DNA from: Vermamoeba vermiformis
Taxonomy: Eukaryota
Assembly: GCA_045837725.1 (NCBI GenBank)
Contig: JBEWZL010000099.1
Span: forward strand, 1-64,000
Direction of reading: 5' to 3'
DNA length: 64,000 nt
In this document: positions 39,498 through 53,588 of the stretch, one piece after another
Layout: every line of letters begins with the position of its first letter
How positions within the stretch are numbered: position 1 is the stretch's first letter
The notes under the pieces: generated by a model
The model's database searches: none
Seen by the model: the letters and a program-made list of their open reading frames with translations, nothing else
Told to the model about the DNA's origin: nothing
Translations under genes and position numbers: made by a program

Positions 39498-41000
39498 TCA
39501 CTTTTTCTTTGCTCGCTTTTTCGCTCTGTATTCATCGACATATCTTAGTAAATGCAGCTTTTCTGGACAATATACTCGCAAGTATTTCTCAATTGAGCAA
39601 GCGCTGTATGTATCGCCGACTCTATCCACAAATAGATCGTGTTCTATTAGCAGCTCTATCATCGGCTTATTTTCCGTGGTGAACGGTAAAAATATTGCAG
39701 GACAGAATGTGGAGGTTGTAGTTATCTGAAAATAATTGATACGATGTAACGATTCTCGATCTATAACATTCTTCTCTAACATCAGTTTGAACAATGACAA
39801 CGTTGTCGTACTTTCCTTTAATAGACAGTACTGAGTAAGTTGCGATGTGCGTGTTTCAGTTGGTAGATCAGTCGATCTTCGAAGAAATCTCGTTGCCCAA
39901 TTAAGGCAAGTTTCCGCAACGCTGGGAGGCAAATCTCTGTAGCATACTGCTTTCATCCTTAGTATGAAGTTTTTTTTGACCAATGAATAGCTTGGCAAGT
40001 CCCAATTCTTCCAAATAAGCGGAAAAATTTTCACAAGGTGTTCGTCTCTCGGTGATGAAAATATTCTGCCTGGAAATTTGTGAGTTTCGACCACCATATG
40101 CAAGACATCCCAATAAGGCGGCTCGTCAATATACTCATAGCTTAATATCTCGAGAATTATCTCTTTTGGGAGTTGCCTAAAAAGGCAATGTTGATCGTAC
40201 TTCCATGCCATCATAATCAACGTTCTTATTTTGTACGTGACTTCGCTGAACTTTTTTTGGGCAAGAGCGTTCAAAAAAGAGGAATCCTCAGGATAATATA
40301 CTTCAGTGCTGCTTAAGTAAGTTTTCCAACAAGCTGTCAAAGTGTCATATCGCGAACCTCGCGACATCAAGGCACGCAATGAAGGCCCATCTATGTGACA
40401 GCCTTTTTGAGGTATGAACTTAATCATATCATCATTGCACTTTGCAACCACTAACGAAAGCTGACTGCAAATTGAAGTTTTGTTAATAAAATTTTCGGTG
40501 TAATGACATAATATGTCATTAAATATTGTACCTTTTCTCCAATGGCATTCCATTTTCAACAAGCCAAATCAGCATGTCGTTATTAACTAGCTCTTGTTTA
40601 GTTGCTTTCAAGTACGATGAAATCATGTTGTCTGGTTGATCGAAGTAGACGTTCGTTTTGAGATCCAGATCTGCAAAAAAAATCATCACGGTCAGATTCA
40701 AACTGCTTATACTTTAACAAATTATAATAACACTGTCCATACGTACTATGTTCGGCAATTAACTGCTTGACTCGGTTTAACTTTCCTTCGTTAACAGCGT
40801 GACGCACCAAATGCTCCGCTAGTCCGATAATTTCACCGTTGTTATGAAGACCGATCATAAATTTCTCTTTAGGAAAGTATTCTAATATATTATGGTTGCG
40901 CAATTTCACTTTGTTGGGCAATTTTCGTGACGCCTTTGACGTTGTGAACGAGAGCCAAACTTCGTTCTCAGAACTGTACGTGAAAAACGTTGTATTGCTT
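39498..41000 (-). CDS. Intronless helical/ankyrin-like protein broken by two frameshifts (pseudogene or assembly errors)
   Basis: ORFs 40598-40921, 40519-40701 and 39498-40562 overlap and join by single-base changes in homopolymer runs; RQLPKEIILEILSY motif. Confidence 0.5.
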
Positions 41001-41113
41001 GGTGCATCTATTAAACCATATTAATATCAATATTATAATCTTTAATGTTGCTGATATTAGCTTGGGTCAAAGTGTCAAAAGGTAACTTTTGGCGTGACAT
41101 GTGTCATGTCAAA

Positions 41114-42490
41114 CTACCGGATCTTACCTGCGGCGAGAACTTTTCTAGCATATTCAGTTAGTATTCCTCGAAACCAAGGCTGTTGTTCGTACGGCAAGGC
41201 CACCAGTTCTTTAGTAACTGCTACGAACTGCTGCGAGTAACTGGAGAAAATGCGTTTGGCCAGAGTTGTCCGCAGAAGCAACTCGTTGACATTTTTTGTT
41301 TCAATTCCTTCATAGCAGTACGTAATTGACTTGCTATCGCCTGATTGGTCGATTTTTGTATCGATATCAATCTCGTGCACCGTGCCGCTCTGCTCTCGAT
41401 AAAAGAGTGACATTTGACTGTCGTTTCCTTTTTTGGTTTGGATAGTGAAATTGGTGGACCGGTGATGAAACGATTTCTTTTGCGATACTCTTTCCAAATT
41501 AGGAAATTCACCTTCAGGAACAATCACTGCTTGCTGATGCGCTTTTCTTTCGCCTTAATGAATCGCGAGTCAAGCTGTTTCTAATAATAATAATAACTTA
41601 CCGAATAACAAGCTCATTTTCTGATTTAATTGAGGTTCGTCAAATTTCAGCAGCACGAACTCCACCAACCGATGAAGCGCAGAAAAATCAAGCTTTTCGT
41701 GACCTCTCTCGAGCGCTTCCACAAGCTAAATACACATGTAATTGGTATTGCATATTGTGTTGTAAAGCTCGCTTTGACTCACCTTTTCTACGTTGGATGT
41801 GTTTAATGTAGACACGGGGTACAAAGGCAGCAAAAATGCAACCAATGCATTATCCTCTCGTTTGTATGCATATTGGAGGCATTTAAACCTCACCTCAGCA
41901 TTTAGGTAGTCGACAGGTTGGATCTGATGGTAAGCGGCAGTCAAAAACGGCAGATGTGCTTGTTGAACGGCAAGAGGAAGAAGTGCAACTAATCGCGTAA
42001 TAAATCCATGCTCTTGTTTGTGCTTTCTAGCGGTATCACGAACTGACAGAACGATGAGTACCTGTTAAAAGTTTGACACTTTACTTACACTTTTCAAGCT
42101 GCACTAAATCATTGATTTTGATTATATATTCTATTCTCCTTCGCAAAAATATTTTTCGGTAGCCCTCTGCATTTAATTAATTAGCGCATAATCTCCATCA
42201 AGTGAGAAAAATCTAAGATCTACTCACTGCTCGCCATATTTTCTATTTAATTAATAGAACATTATTTACGTACCCCAATCTGGCTTTCCAAGAGCGGAAA
42301 ACCAAAATTCATCGTTCAGCAGCTGATTTAATTTTTTGGACGCAGTTTTACAACGAAATATTTGCTTCAGTGTTGCTTTGTTATCTGCAACATAGCCAAC
42401 CGTGTATTTTTTCTTATGAGAAATATTTAAAATTGTCCTCCAAATTGAGATTGGCAGATCTGAGATCGAGATAGGTCCTGGAGCTTCCAT
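41114..42490 (-). CDS. F-box-like protein; exon structure uncertain
   Basis: N-terminal ISDLPISIWRTIL..CKTASKKLNQLLNDEFW followed by further minus-strand ORFs. Confidence 0.45.
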
Positions 42491-42790
42491 TAAAACTCCG
42501 TCTGCTTGATTGCTTTGCCGACAAAAACCTGTGGTAGAGTGTACAAGTATGCGCGTTGATAAAAAACAAGTGTTAGCAAAATTTGGCGGTGTCTGGCCCG
42601 TGACTTATGGTGGCAGGAACTTACTCACACTAAACGTTATAGTCCTGTTGATCGTTATAATAAAATAATCGCTGTTAAAATCCAGGTTTCAAAATGTGAA
42701 GCGATACTGGTGACCAACCAGGCGTAGATCAGGATTCGTCGCGAAGGTTAGTAAATTATTCAGAACCTTCCAAAGATAATTTTATATATG

Positions 42791-44175
42791 TTATGCTTGT
42801 TGATTCTTATCAAGCCACGCTTTGACAAGTTGATGTGCAATAGCAATCGGAGGAGGTAAACGCACCGCAGTAGATTTCAACCACGCATCCGTGACGAGTG
42901 CCGCTGAAACAGCGTCTTTGGCTTCTTGGTACGTGAACCAACGTGCATCTTCGAGCTCTTGAGCAATATCGCCCTCGCCTACGTTAATATTTTCGGACCT
43001 ACAAGTGAATTGTAAGTGAACTGATTGCAGATCTGATGCACGAACATCACTGCTTACTTGGCACGAGCGAAACAGCCGAGCATTAATTGGCCTCCGAAGG
43101 GCCAAGGCTGTGACGCGTAGTATTGTACTGAACGTACATCGACGTCAATATCACTTTCTTCCTTCACTTCTCGTGCCACTGCGTCTTCCATGCTTTCACC
43201 ACTGATGAACAAAGTTAGTTCACAAGATCTCGACTCCAAATTTGTCTTTGATGAACTTACGGTTCCATAAATCCAGCTATGCACGTGTAAATACCCTTAG
43301 GGAACTCTTTCTTACGGCCTAACAAGCAGCGTTGTCCGTCAGCAGATGTTACGAGAACAATTGCGACTGGATCTGTTCGAGGGTATAACGAAGTGCCACA
43401 ACCCGTGCATTTACGACGAGATCCACCTTCCTGACTTTCCGTCTTCGAGCCACAGATACCACAGTGCAAGTGGCGGGTGTGCCACTCAAAATAAGCACGT
43501 GCCTAAGGCTTGAAGTCAGTACTGACACGCAGATCCGATTTATCAGTAGAAGAAAATTAGTTTAATGCGTACCTGAGCCAATATAGCCGCATCTTCGTAT
43601 TTTAGTGTTGCGGCAGCTAATCGCATATCAGGAAACTCTTTGTTGGGATCTTGCTCGGCAAATTTGTTTGAAGTTTCTTCGTCGATATCAAAAGCGAAGT
43701 ACGCCTTATCTTCCAACGTGCCTAAGAACAATACTGTTCTATTTTTGGATTTGTCCTGAAGCAGAGCTGCAGCCTGATTTTGTGACAGCCACGCGAGGTC
43801 TCTCCGATCTGAAAATAGTTAGAATATCGCAGTCACAGCTATTATGATCATAAAACTTACTATCATGTGGCTTTGTTAAATATGGCCGTAGTTTGAAGAA
43901 TGGCAGAAATAAAGAAGTCGAGTTTTGTGTCAAGTCATCCACGTAATTTTGTTCTGTTCTTTTGTTATTCATTCGGTTCAGCGGATTATTACTGTAAAAT
44001 ATAGAGTGCAACGCTGAAGCACTTTTTTCCTGTAATCAATAGCGAATAAGTCAGATGTCGAAAATGAAATGCACCACGACAAATTGAAATATCTCTAGCT
44101 TAAAAATTCGGAGAATATCATATTAGTATTATACCGGTCAAAAAATTCACTTACCGAATTGTTGTTAGTAGCCAT
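42791..44175 (-). CDS. NAD(H) pyrophosphatase / NAD-cap decapping Nudix enzyme (NudC/NPY1/NUDT12 family)
   Basis: HCGICG..CTGC..YPRTDP, AGFMEPGESMEDAVAREVKEE Nudix box, SQPWPF. Confidence 0.93.
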
Positions 44176-44651
44176 CTTGAAAAGTTTTGCTGACTCGCGT
44201 TTATTTGCAACGGTGAAGCACTTAAATGAAAGCAATAGATTCCTAAGGGTATTTTATGTGTTATTTGACGCAGTAGGATCAAGATTATGCTTACGATTGG
44301 GTTTTTACCAGCGATCTAGAAACTCGGCCAAAATTTACCAGCCCGGACTGCAGCTTCCGCTTTTGCTCCGTCAATAAGTAATTACCGAATATGAGAAAAT
44401 AACAGGGCATGCATAACGAAGCCATCAACTTACAAACAGAACTCTGCTGTACATTTTCAAGCTCGAACTAAAAATCAAATTTGTGGCGCAGCGGAAACCC
44501 ATCACCCAAGCCTTGATTGACGTCAAATAGTACTTGCATTGCTGCATTGCTATTAGTATGAATGAGCGGTTTAATTACAAGTGTTAAGGTTTATTTGTCT
44601 AAAAGCCAAATCCAGACAAAGTTCGTTGTTTTGTATTGATGAGCTCCAAGA

Positions 44652-46306
<1,655 letters not shown>

Positions 46307-46468
46307 ATTTACAGTTGTGTATTTAAAATTTACAAAGTTAGATTGAATGGCGAGTCTTGGTCCGCAACAAAATTTAATGTGCGGACAGGAGATTTCGCAA
46401 AAGGGAGGTTTTTTTTTCAACTCTCAGGCTGCAGTAGTGTATCTACATAGTCAGTTAAATAACACAAT

Positions 46469-48023
46469 ATGTCACGCAAGCGAAAGTTCGAAGCTATTGA
46501 TTCAGACAACTCTGATGCAGATGAGCCAGTCCTTCCTCCTCAAAAGGAAGGAATCAATTTGGAAGACCTTCCTTACAGCAGACCTAACAACAGTCATATT
46601 AAAAATAAAATAAGAAATAAGTATCAACTCCATTATCAGCCGAAAATCGGGATTTGGATCGATCAGATCTCGAATCGCTGACAAAATTTAATTTATTCGT
46701 CATAATAGTACTAATATTATTTTATTTACGAATGGAAATGAACGCTGAATTAAAAAGAGAAAAAAGCCGTCAAAAGAGAAAAGCACAAGACAAGCGAAGG
46801 AAGATCGAGAAAGAAACAGGAGAGGCAAGTGCCAAAGCTATTATAGGCTTTTATTACTATTTTTGCACGTTTAAGCAATAATACTACTGATATTTTATAA
46901 CGATCTGCAACCTGTCACGATCAGCCGATCAGGTGCGATCTGTTGAAGTCTACAGCTTCATTTCTAACAATTTTGCTATTTTAGCCTGCACCTGGTCGCA
47001 CTCCCCAAAAGACGTTGGACAACATGCGAGAAATGGACGAGACTATTATTGTCGATCCCAACGACGAAGAGATCGCACAAGACGACGCACTCGATGAATT
47101 TGCTGCATATTTCTCTGGCGACAAGACACCGAAGATCTTGATTACATCTAGCGTTAACCCTTCGAGAGTAAGCTCGAGAAGTACTACATCCGCATCCTCG
47201 TTTTCTAATCCCGTTTATTTTGCTAGGTCGTTCATGAGTTTATTCAAGAGTTATTAACAGTGTTCCCGAACTCGGAGTTTAAGAAGAGAAGGAAATATCA
47301 TTTGAAAGAGATTGTTCAGTACTGCAAAAATCAAGGCGAATACACCGATGTGATGGTCATCAATGAGGACCAAAAAGAGCCGAGTAAGTATTCATCCATT
47401 CCAAATGTATATCGTCATCGTGTTATAGGTGCCATCTACTATTAGTATTATACTATGATATTAATATTAACTTATTAGACGGCATGCTGTTGTGTCATTT
47501 ACCTGATGGTCCGACCGCGTTTTTCAAGTTGTCTAGCCGCGTGTCCCGCAAGGATATTCCCGTATGAACCTTATTATTTTATATAAATCAATGCCTAATA
47601 TGACTATTTTAGGGTCACGGTAATCCTACTGGTCACTACCCCGAGTTAATTTTGAACAATTTTTCTACTCGAATTGGTCAACGTATGGCTCGTTTCTTCG
47701 CTTCGTTGTTCCCTCAAAAGCCCGAATTTGAAGGCAGAAGAGTAGTTACATTGCATAATCAACGTGATTTTATCTTCTTTAGACACCACAGGTAAGAAAC
47801 ATAAGCCGGATGTGGCTCGTGTAGCGGATCTTTTTAACGCTTCTTATTATCTAACAGATACATTATCGATGGCCCTGATAAGGCTAGATTACAAGAGCTT
47901 GGTCCCAGATTCACATTGAAATTGAAGTACTTGCAACACGGTACATTCGATAACAAGTACGGCGAGTACGAATGGATGCCAAAGAAAGAAAAGATTACGA
48001 GCAGAAGAAAGTTCTTCATGTAA
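46469..48023 (+). CDS. RPF1: Brix-domain ribosome production factor
   Basis: [64 protein letters not shown]. Confidence 0.92.
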
Positions 48024-48193
48024 ATTTTATGGTTATTATACGATTAAATATCATGTGTTGAATATATGACGACGGTATAACCTTTTGTACCTGTTCATGA
48101 AAATCTTTGCGCAACAAATTTAGTTCCTGCCTTGAAGCGTCAAAATTCAATTTGCAATTAATACTAACACTACAGTTGTATTAATCTTATATA

Positions 48194-49771
48194 ATGTGCT
48201 CAAGAATAGTTGCTAAAGCGGGCTCATTAAGCTTGATGCCCGTGTTATCACCTTTCTCATTCTTACTTGGCACTTGGGCGGGAACGGTAATTAATTTTAT
48301 TTAATTAGCGCCTAATATTAAACATTACGGATGATCATAATATGGGCCTGCAATTACGCCTATTAAATTTCTTTTTAGGCGATATTTTTCATGATTTTAT
48401 TCAATTTTAAATTTTATTTGAGACGACCATATATTGCGTTTACATTTAATATAGCATTCATAATAGCATGCTAATTGTCGAAAAATTATTGGAATAAAAG
48501 AATATTAAATTTGTTTTATCATTAGGGAACTGGCAAGTACCCGACGATTTCTTCGTTTAAATATTATGAACGCACAACGTAAGTACAATAATATTATAAT
48601 ATGCAATTCGATCCAGCCTTGATGAGCTAAGATCTTTTGCTCGATCAGGTTCTCCGCTTACCCTGACAAGCCTTACATCGTCTACAACCAAAAGTCATTT
48701 GCAGTTGACGATCAGCACCACAAACCAATTTATGATAAGATTTTGCACGTTGAGAGTGGTAAGTTGATGAAGTTGCCTGGAGCTCCATCTCGCCTGCAAC
48801 GATTTTTTGAGTAGCTACTTACTCCTGACTTTGTAAATAGGTTTCTTGCGTGTAATTAATATGGAATCGTACAATAAGATCGAGCTAGTGATGGCAGATC
48901 CGGCAGGTAGCGTTCAATTGTACGAGGGACTCGTGGAATCGAAACCGGCCTCTGGCGAGAAGAAGCTCACATTTTTATCGAACAACGTCGTTACTACATC
49001 ATCTGCTAAGCAAGTTAAGCAAGTACGTTCAAGCTTGAATCATAATTACCTTTGAATTTGAGCATTTTTTGGAGTAACTCGATCTGGTTAGAAAACATGC
49101 TTACAATGCTTTAGGTCAATAGAATATTCACATACACGCCTGGCACACCAGATCTATTGCACTACGATCTGCAAATGAAAGCTGTGGGCCAACATTTACA
49201 ACCGCATCTGAGCGCTACATTGCACCGTGTCCGCGCCTCTAGTATCTTCGCAGAACCAGCTCAAATTACGCCTGAAGAACTAGCGAAGGACAAGAGAAGT
49301 TTTGATGCTATTGTAGATGTTAGAGAGGAACGAGAGTTCAATAACGGGCACATTGAAGGTACGCGATCTAATTTCCAAACGTTCACTGAACGAGTTCCGA
49401 AGGCACCGTATCTCGCAACTTGAAATTAATCTAGCACGTATTAAGTCCGTTTTAATAGGCGCTATTAACATTCCTATGGGCCACTTCATGGCGCAGTACG
49501 ACGGCAAAGACGAGCTGGTCACCGCATTGAAGGGCAAAAATATTGTAGTATATTGTCAAGCAGGCGTGCGATCGCAGATTGTTGCCGAGGCGATTAAAAA
49601 GGTGCGTCTATATTTTGATTCTAATTAGCATAATCAATGCAATAATTTTAAAATTGGTCTGCTGTTGTTAGTTTATGCATTAACTGATTACCTTTATTAT
49701 AGGCTGGCTTTAATGTTACTAACCTAATTGGCGGTTATAAAGCCTGGGCTGCTGAAGGTAACAAAACTTAA
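48194..49771 (+). CDS. Nitrobindin (THAP4/DUF1794 heme beta-barrel)-rhodanese fusion
   Basis: FLLGTWAGTGTGKYPTI, LHVESGFLR, LQPHLSATLHR, continuing in the same exon into IVDVREEREFNNGHIEGAINIP, VVYCQAGVRS, NLIGGYKAW. Confidence 0.88.
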
Positions 49772-50101
49772 GACCGGATGTAATAAACACCTTCAATTCA
49801 GAATTAAGCTGCTTGAAATATTATAACATAATTATATCCATTTGCAATTGCAATGCTGTTGCTTGTAGAATTCTGTTCCAAGTTTGGCTTTCAGAGAATA
49901 ATGTCACAATTGACAGCAACGCTGCGATTCTGTTATTTATTTTTTTCCATTGTATTGATCGTCAGCGCAATACACTTTCTTTGTTGCCTTATTGACTTTA
50001 GTAGCAAAATATGAGGTTTGACACCATTGACGGGTACATTGTTCTTTGAGCGCAAAAAAAATCGCCGATCAAATTTCGTGTTGGTTCATTTAGCACTAAA
50101 A

Positions 50102-51774
50102 ATGCGAACACACGCGAGGCGGAGGGACGTTCTTCGCGGAACTAACAGGCGAATTATTTTATTTGCTGTCGTAAGCAGCATTTTATTTATTGTTTTATAT
50201 TCGCACGCTGGATCGAGGTTGTCATCCGTAAGCGAGCCGAAAAATCAACCAAAAAATGAAGAAAGTAATATTGTAAATACTTATGACGAGAAAACTGATA
50301 AACAGCCCGGATCTGATCACACGAAAACCCCAAAAATCACCATTTTATTTTGGGAAGAGTCCGCTGTTTATTGGCTCGGCAAGCATATGTTAGTAAGTAT
50401 AATATAAATATTAAAATTAATAATTTGTGTTTTGGAAATAAAATTACGCCTAAAAATCTTTCGACTTTTCGGATCGCAACCAGACTGGCTCACAATTTAA
50501 TATTAATATTATAAACCTTCATAAAAGTGTTAATGCTCACAAATTTTAAGCAAGTTAATAATATTCTACATTAGGGTCAAGTTTCAAAATGCCCGATCCA
50601 TTGCAATTACACCATGGATAAGTCTCTTTTGCCAGATGTCGACGCGGTGTTATTTCATTTGCCTACTTATAATGGATTACCTTCTCAAAAATACGGAAAT
50701 CAGAAATACGTCGTAAGCACAACGAAATGCCTATTGAAATCTTAATGCTAACGGTACTTTGAAGGCTTTTTCTATGGAAAGCGAGGGATATTATAGTATA
50801 ATGAAGAGTAAGTATATTGATAGCAAGATTACGTTTTGCAAACGGTACTAACAAAATTGTTCCGCAGATCCGGAAGTCATGAGCAAATTCGATCTTACGA
50901 TGGTAAATTCGCATTCCTTGTTCATAAATATAAACGATTAGCTTATATAATACAACAATAGACGTACAAATTATCTTCTGACGTGCCTGCACCCTATTTC
51001 GGACCCAATGAGACGCGCTACTTAACTCCACCCCAAAATAAGGTCAGTTTAATTAAATATAGTACTCGATATATTCTAATCTTATTTAATAGACTGGCGA
51101 TGCACCTGTTGTGTTTATTGCATCCAATTGTGGTCCGCTTAATAATCGTAACGATTACGTAACGGAGCTAATGAAGCATATCAAAGTCGATTCGTACGGC
51201 AAATGCCTGCATAATAAAGTAAGTACTATTGATATAGCATTATTGTAGGTGTTTAACTGTTTTGTCAGGATTTTCCGGAAGGAGATCAAGGCGGTCGAAC
51301 TAAGTTGGAAATGATGGCTAAATACAAGTTCTATTTGGCCTTCGAGAATAATAACAATATCGATTACGTGACGGAGAAGTACTTTCAAGCGTTAGTTATG
51401 GGTACTGTGCCTGGTAAGAACCTTTTTGTAACGCGTTGACTTTTTTTGACCGCATCTGCCTTAGTTTACATGGGCGCGCCTAATATTGATACGTTCAAGC
51501 CTGCCGCACACTCTATTATCAAAGTAACGGATTTCGAGTCGCCAAAGCAATTGGCCGAGTACCTGACGCTGCTGGATCAAAATGACGGTAAATTTGAATT
51601 TCAGATTGAGAAAAATATGAGGACTAAGAGGTAATATTATTAGCGCTGTATAACGAGTTCTTAGCATGGAAGGTTGAAGGGCTATCAGCGTCGTTTAAGA
51701 AACTAATCAGCATTAACAAGTTAGATGCGCGGTGTAGATTGTGTTATAAGCTAGCAGGCATTGATCCGAACTAA
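50102..51774 (+). CDS. Alpha-1,3/4-fucosyltransferase (GT10)
   Basis: Type II TM anchor; [43 protein letters not shown]. Confidence 0.92.
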
Positions 51775-52070
51775 GATGTATAATACAGACGAGACAATAT
51801 AAATAACTTGTATAGGCCCAATTTTACAAAAGCGTTTACATCCGAACAAAGGTTTGTACCCGCTAGCTCTTAGGGTTGAGAGTCGGAGCCAGTGTACCAA
51901 GTAGGACCATTGGAAGGTCCATAATAAGGAGTCGGGCAGAAGGCACTTGGTTGGGCTGTTGTCGTACAAAGCTTGTGAATCTTATCGGAGATAGAGATCT
52001 CCTTCTGAAATGCAGGGAAAAGAAAAAGTTGCACGTGTTTCATTTGTTTATCTCTCTGTAGAATATTATA

Positions 52071-53139
52071 ATGCACAGTATAGCTCAAATCGTGGCACTG
52101 ATATTAACGGCCAGCGTAATTGCCCACGGTAAGTCTTCATTCAACGCAGGTTTACTTTAGCAACGACTCTTCTCCAATACCTACAATAATTTAAATATTA
52201 ATAGAATAATTATTGGCTATATTTGAATCTGTAAATTTTATACCGCAGCGAATCTTGAAAATCGTTGGAGATTCAAACATTTTTTAATTTACCTTTTAGG
52301 TTGCCAGTTTAACTGTTCCGTCGTGGATTATGCCCCGAAGAGTTTATGCACGTATTACAAACAAAACTCCGATTGGCTGCCTTCGGGCTACGTATCTGCC
52401 GCGAGCTGCATCTGCAGTGCCACATTGGGCAATAATCAAGATCTTTCGCTCAGCGTCTCCGAAAAGCATCATTACGATTCTATATGGAACGAAGTATTAT
52501 CACTTACAGAGTCCTTGACCACAGCTGAATTAGTCGAAGTCGAGATGCAGAAATTGCAGACGAAGAAAACCGCTTTGTTGGATAAATTAAGCGAATCTAT
52601 ACCATCAAAGGACTCTATGCACCTCGAAAATGAACGAATGGCCTCGCAAGATACAGCTGGATGCATTAGATCATATCTTTTAAAAGGTCATGCTTCGATC
52701 GGCAATGATATTAAGGATGAGTTGCGCGCTCGTAAAAATTCATCATGTACCGCGTAAGTACTCCTATATTTAAGTATTTTTACGGCTATAATCGCCCGCT
52801 GCGCGCAATCTGCAAGATTTTAAAATTTCAATTTGCCAGATCGCGGCTTTTTTTTTGGTTCCACGGTTCATGAAACTAAATCAAACGCAATAACTGACCC
52901 TATCTTATATTATTAGAGGCGGATATATTTGCTCTCCAAGCTACAACTCTTGGGTGCTGAAGAATTTCGTTCCGATCGCGTACACGCTGCATCTCGAAGC
53001 TTACAAGCACTGCTGTTGCTCTGGAACACCTGCGCCTGAATATGACTGGGCTTTGGTTACATTTTTTGGTTTTGCACCGTGCCCTGTATTGACTGCTAGT
53101 GTTAAGAAATGGGGATCTTGCGAGTGCGGTGGCTGGTAA
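52071..53139 (+). CDS. Secreted cysteine-rich protein of unknown function
   Basis: Signal peptide MHSIAQIVALILTASVIAHG; CIC, CCC and CEC motifs over three exons. Confidence 0.7.
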
Positions 53140-53588
53140 TGAAATATATCTTAGCTTAAGTAGCCTATCAACCGAAAGATAAGCTTATTTGATTGTAAAG
53201 GTAATTAAATTTGGCGAACGTGGTTGAACGACAACAAAAAATTGGCAGATTCGATAACGCACCATTCGTGCAACCACTCATGACACAAGCAGTCTTCTCA
53301 TAACTTCCGGGGTAACAAAAATATTTCAGGTAATAAAGCAAATCGCCGAAAGAATTCAGATTCGAATTAATTCAAATCTAAATCTGACACTGTCAACCAT
53401 TTTTTCACCGGGTATTTAATTATGCTTATATTTATAGCAAATAGATTTGGAAAGCAACAATTATTTTCGTAATTATGTTGCTAATAATTAGCAAAAGTGC
53501 AGATGTGCCAACGGGATAAATTTTGGTAGAAACTTGGCTTTCTGCAAGGAATTTATGACAATTAAATTAATATTTTAAATTTTGTAGC

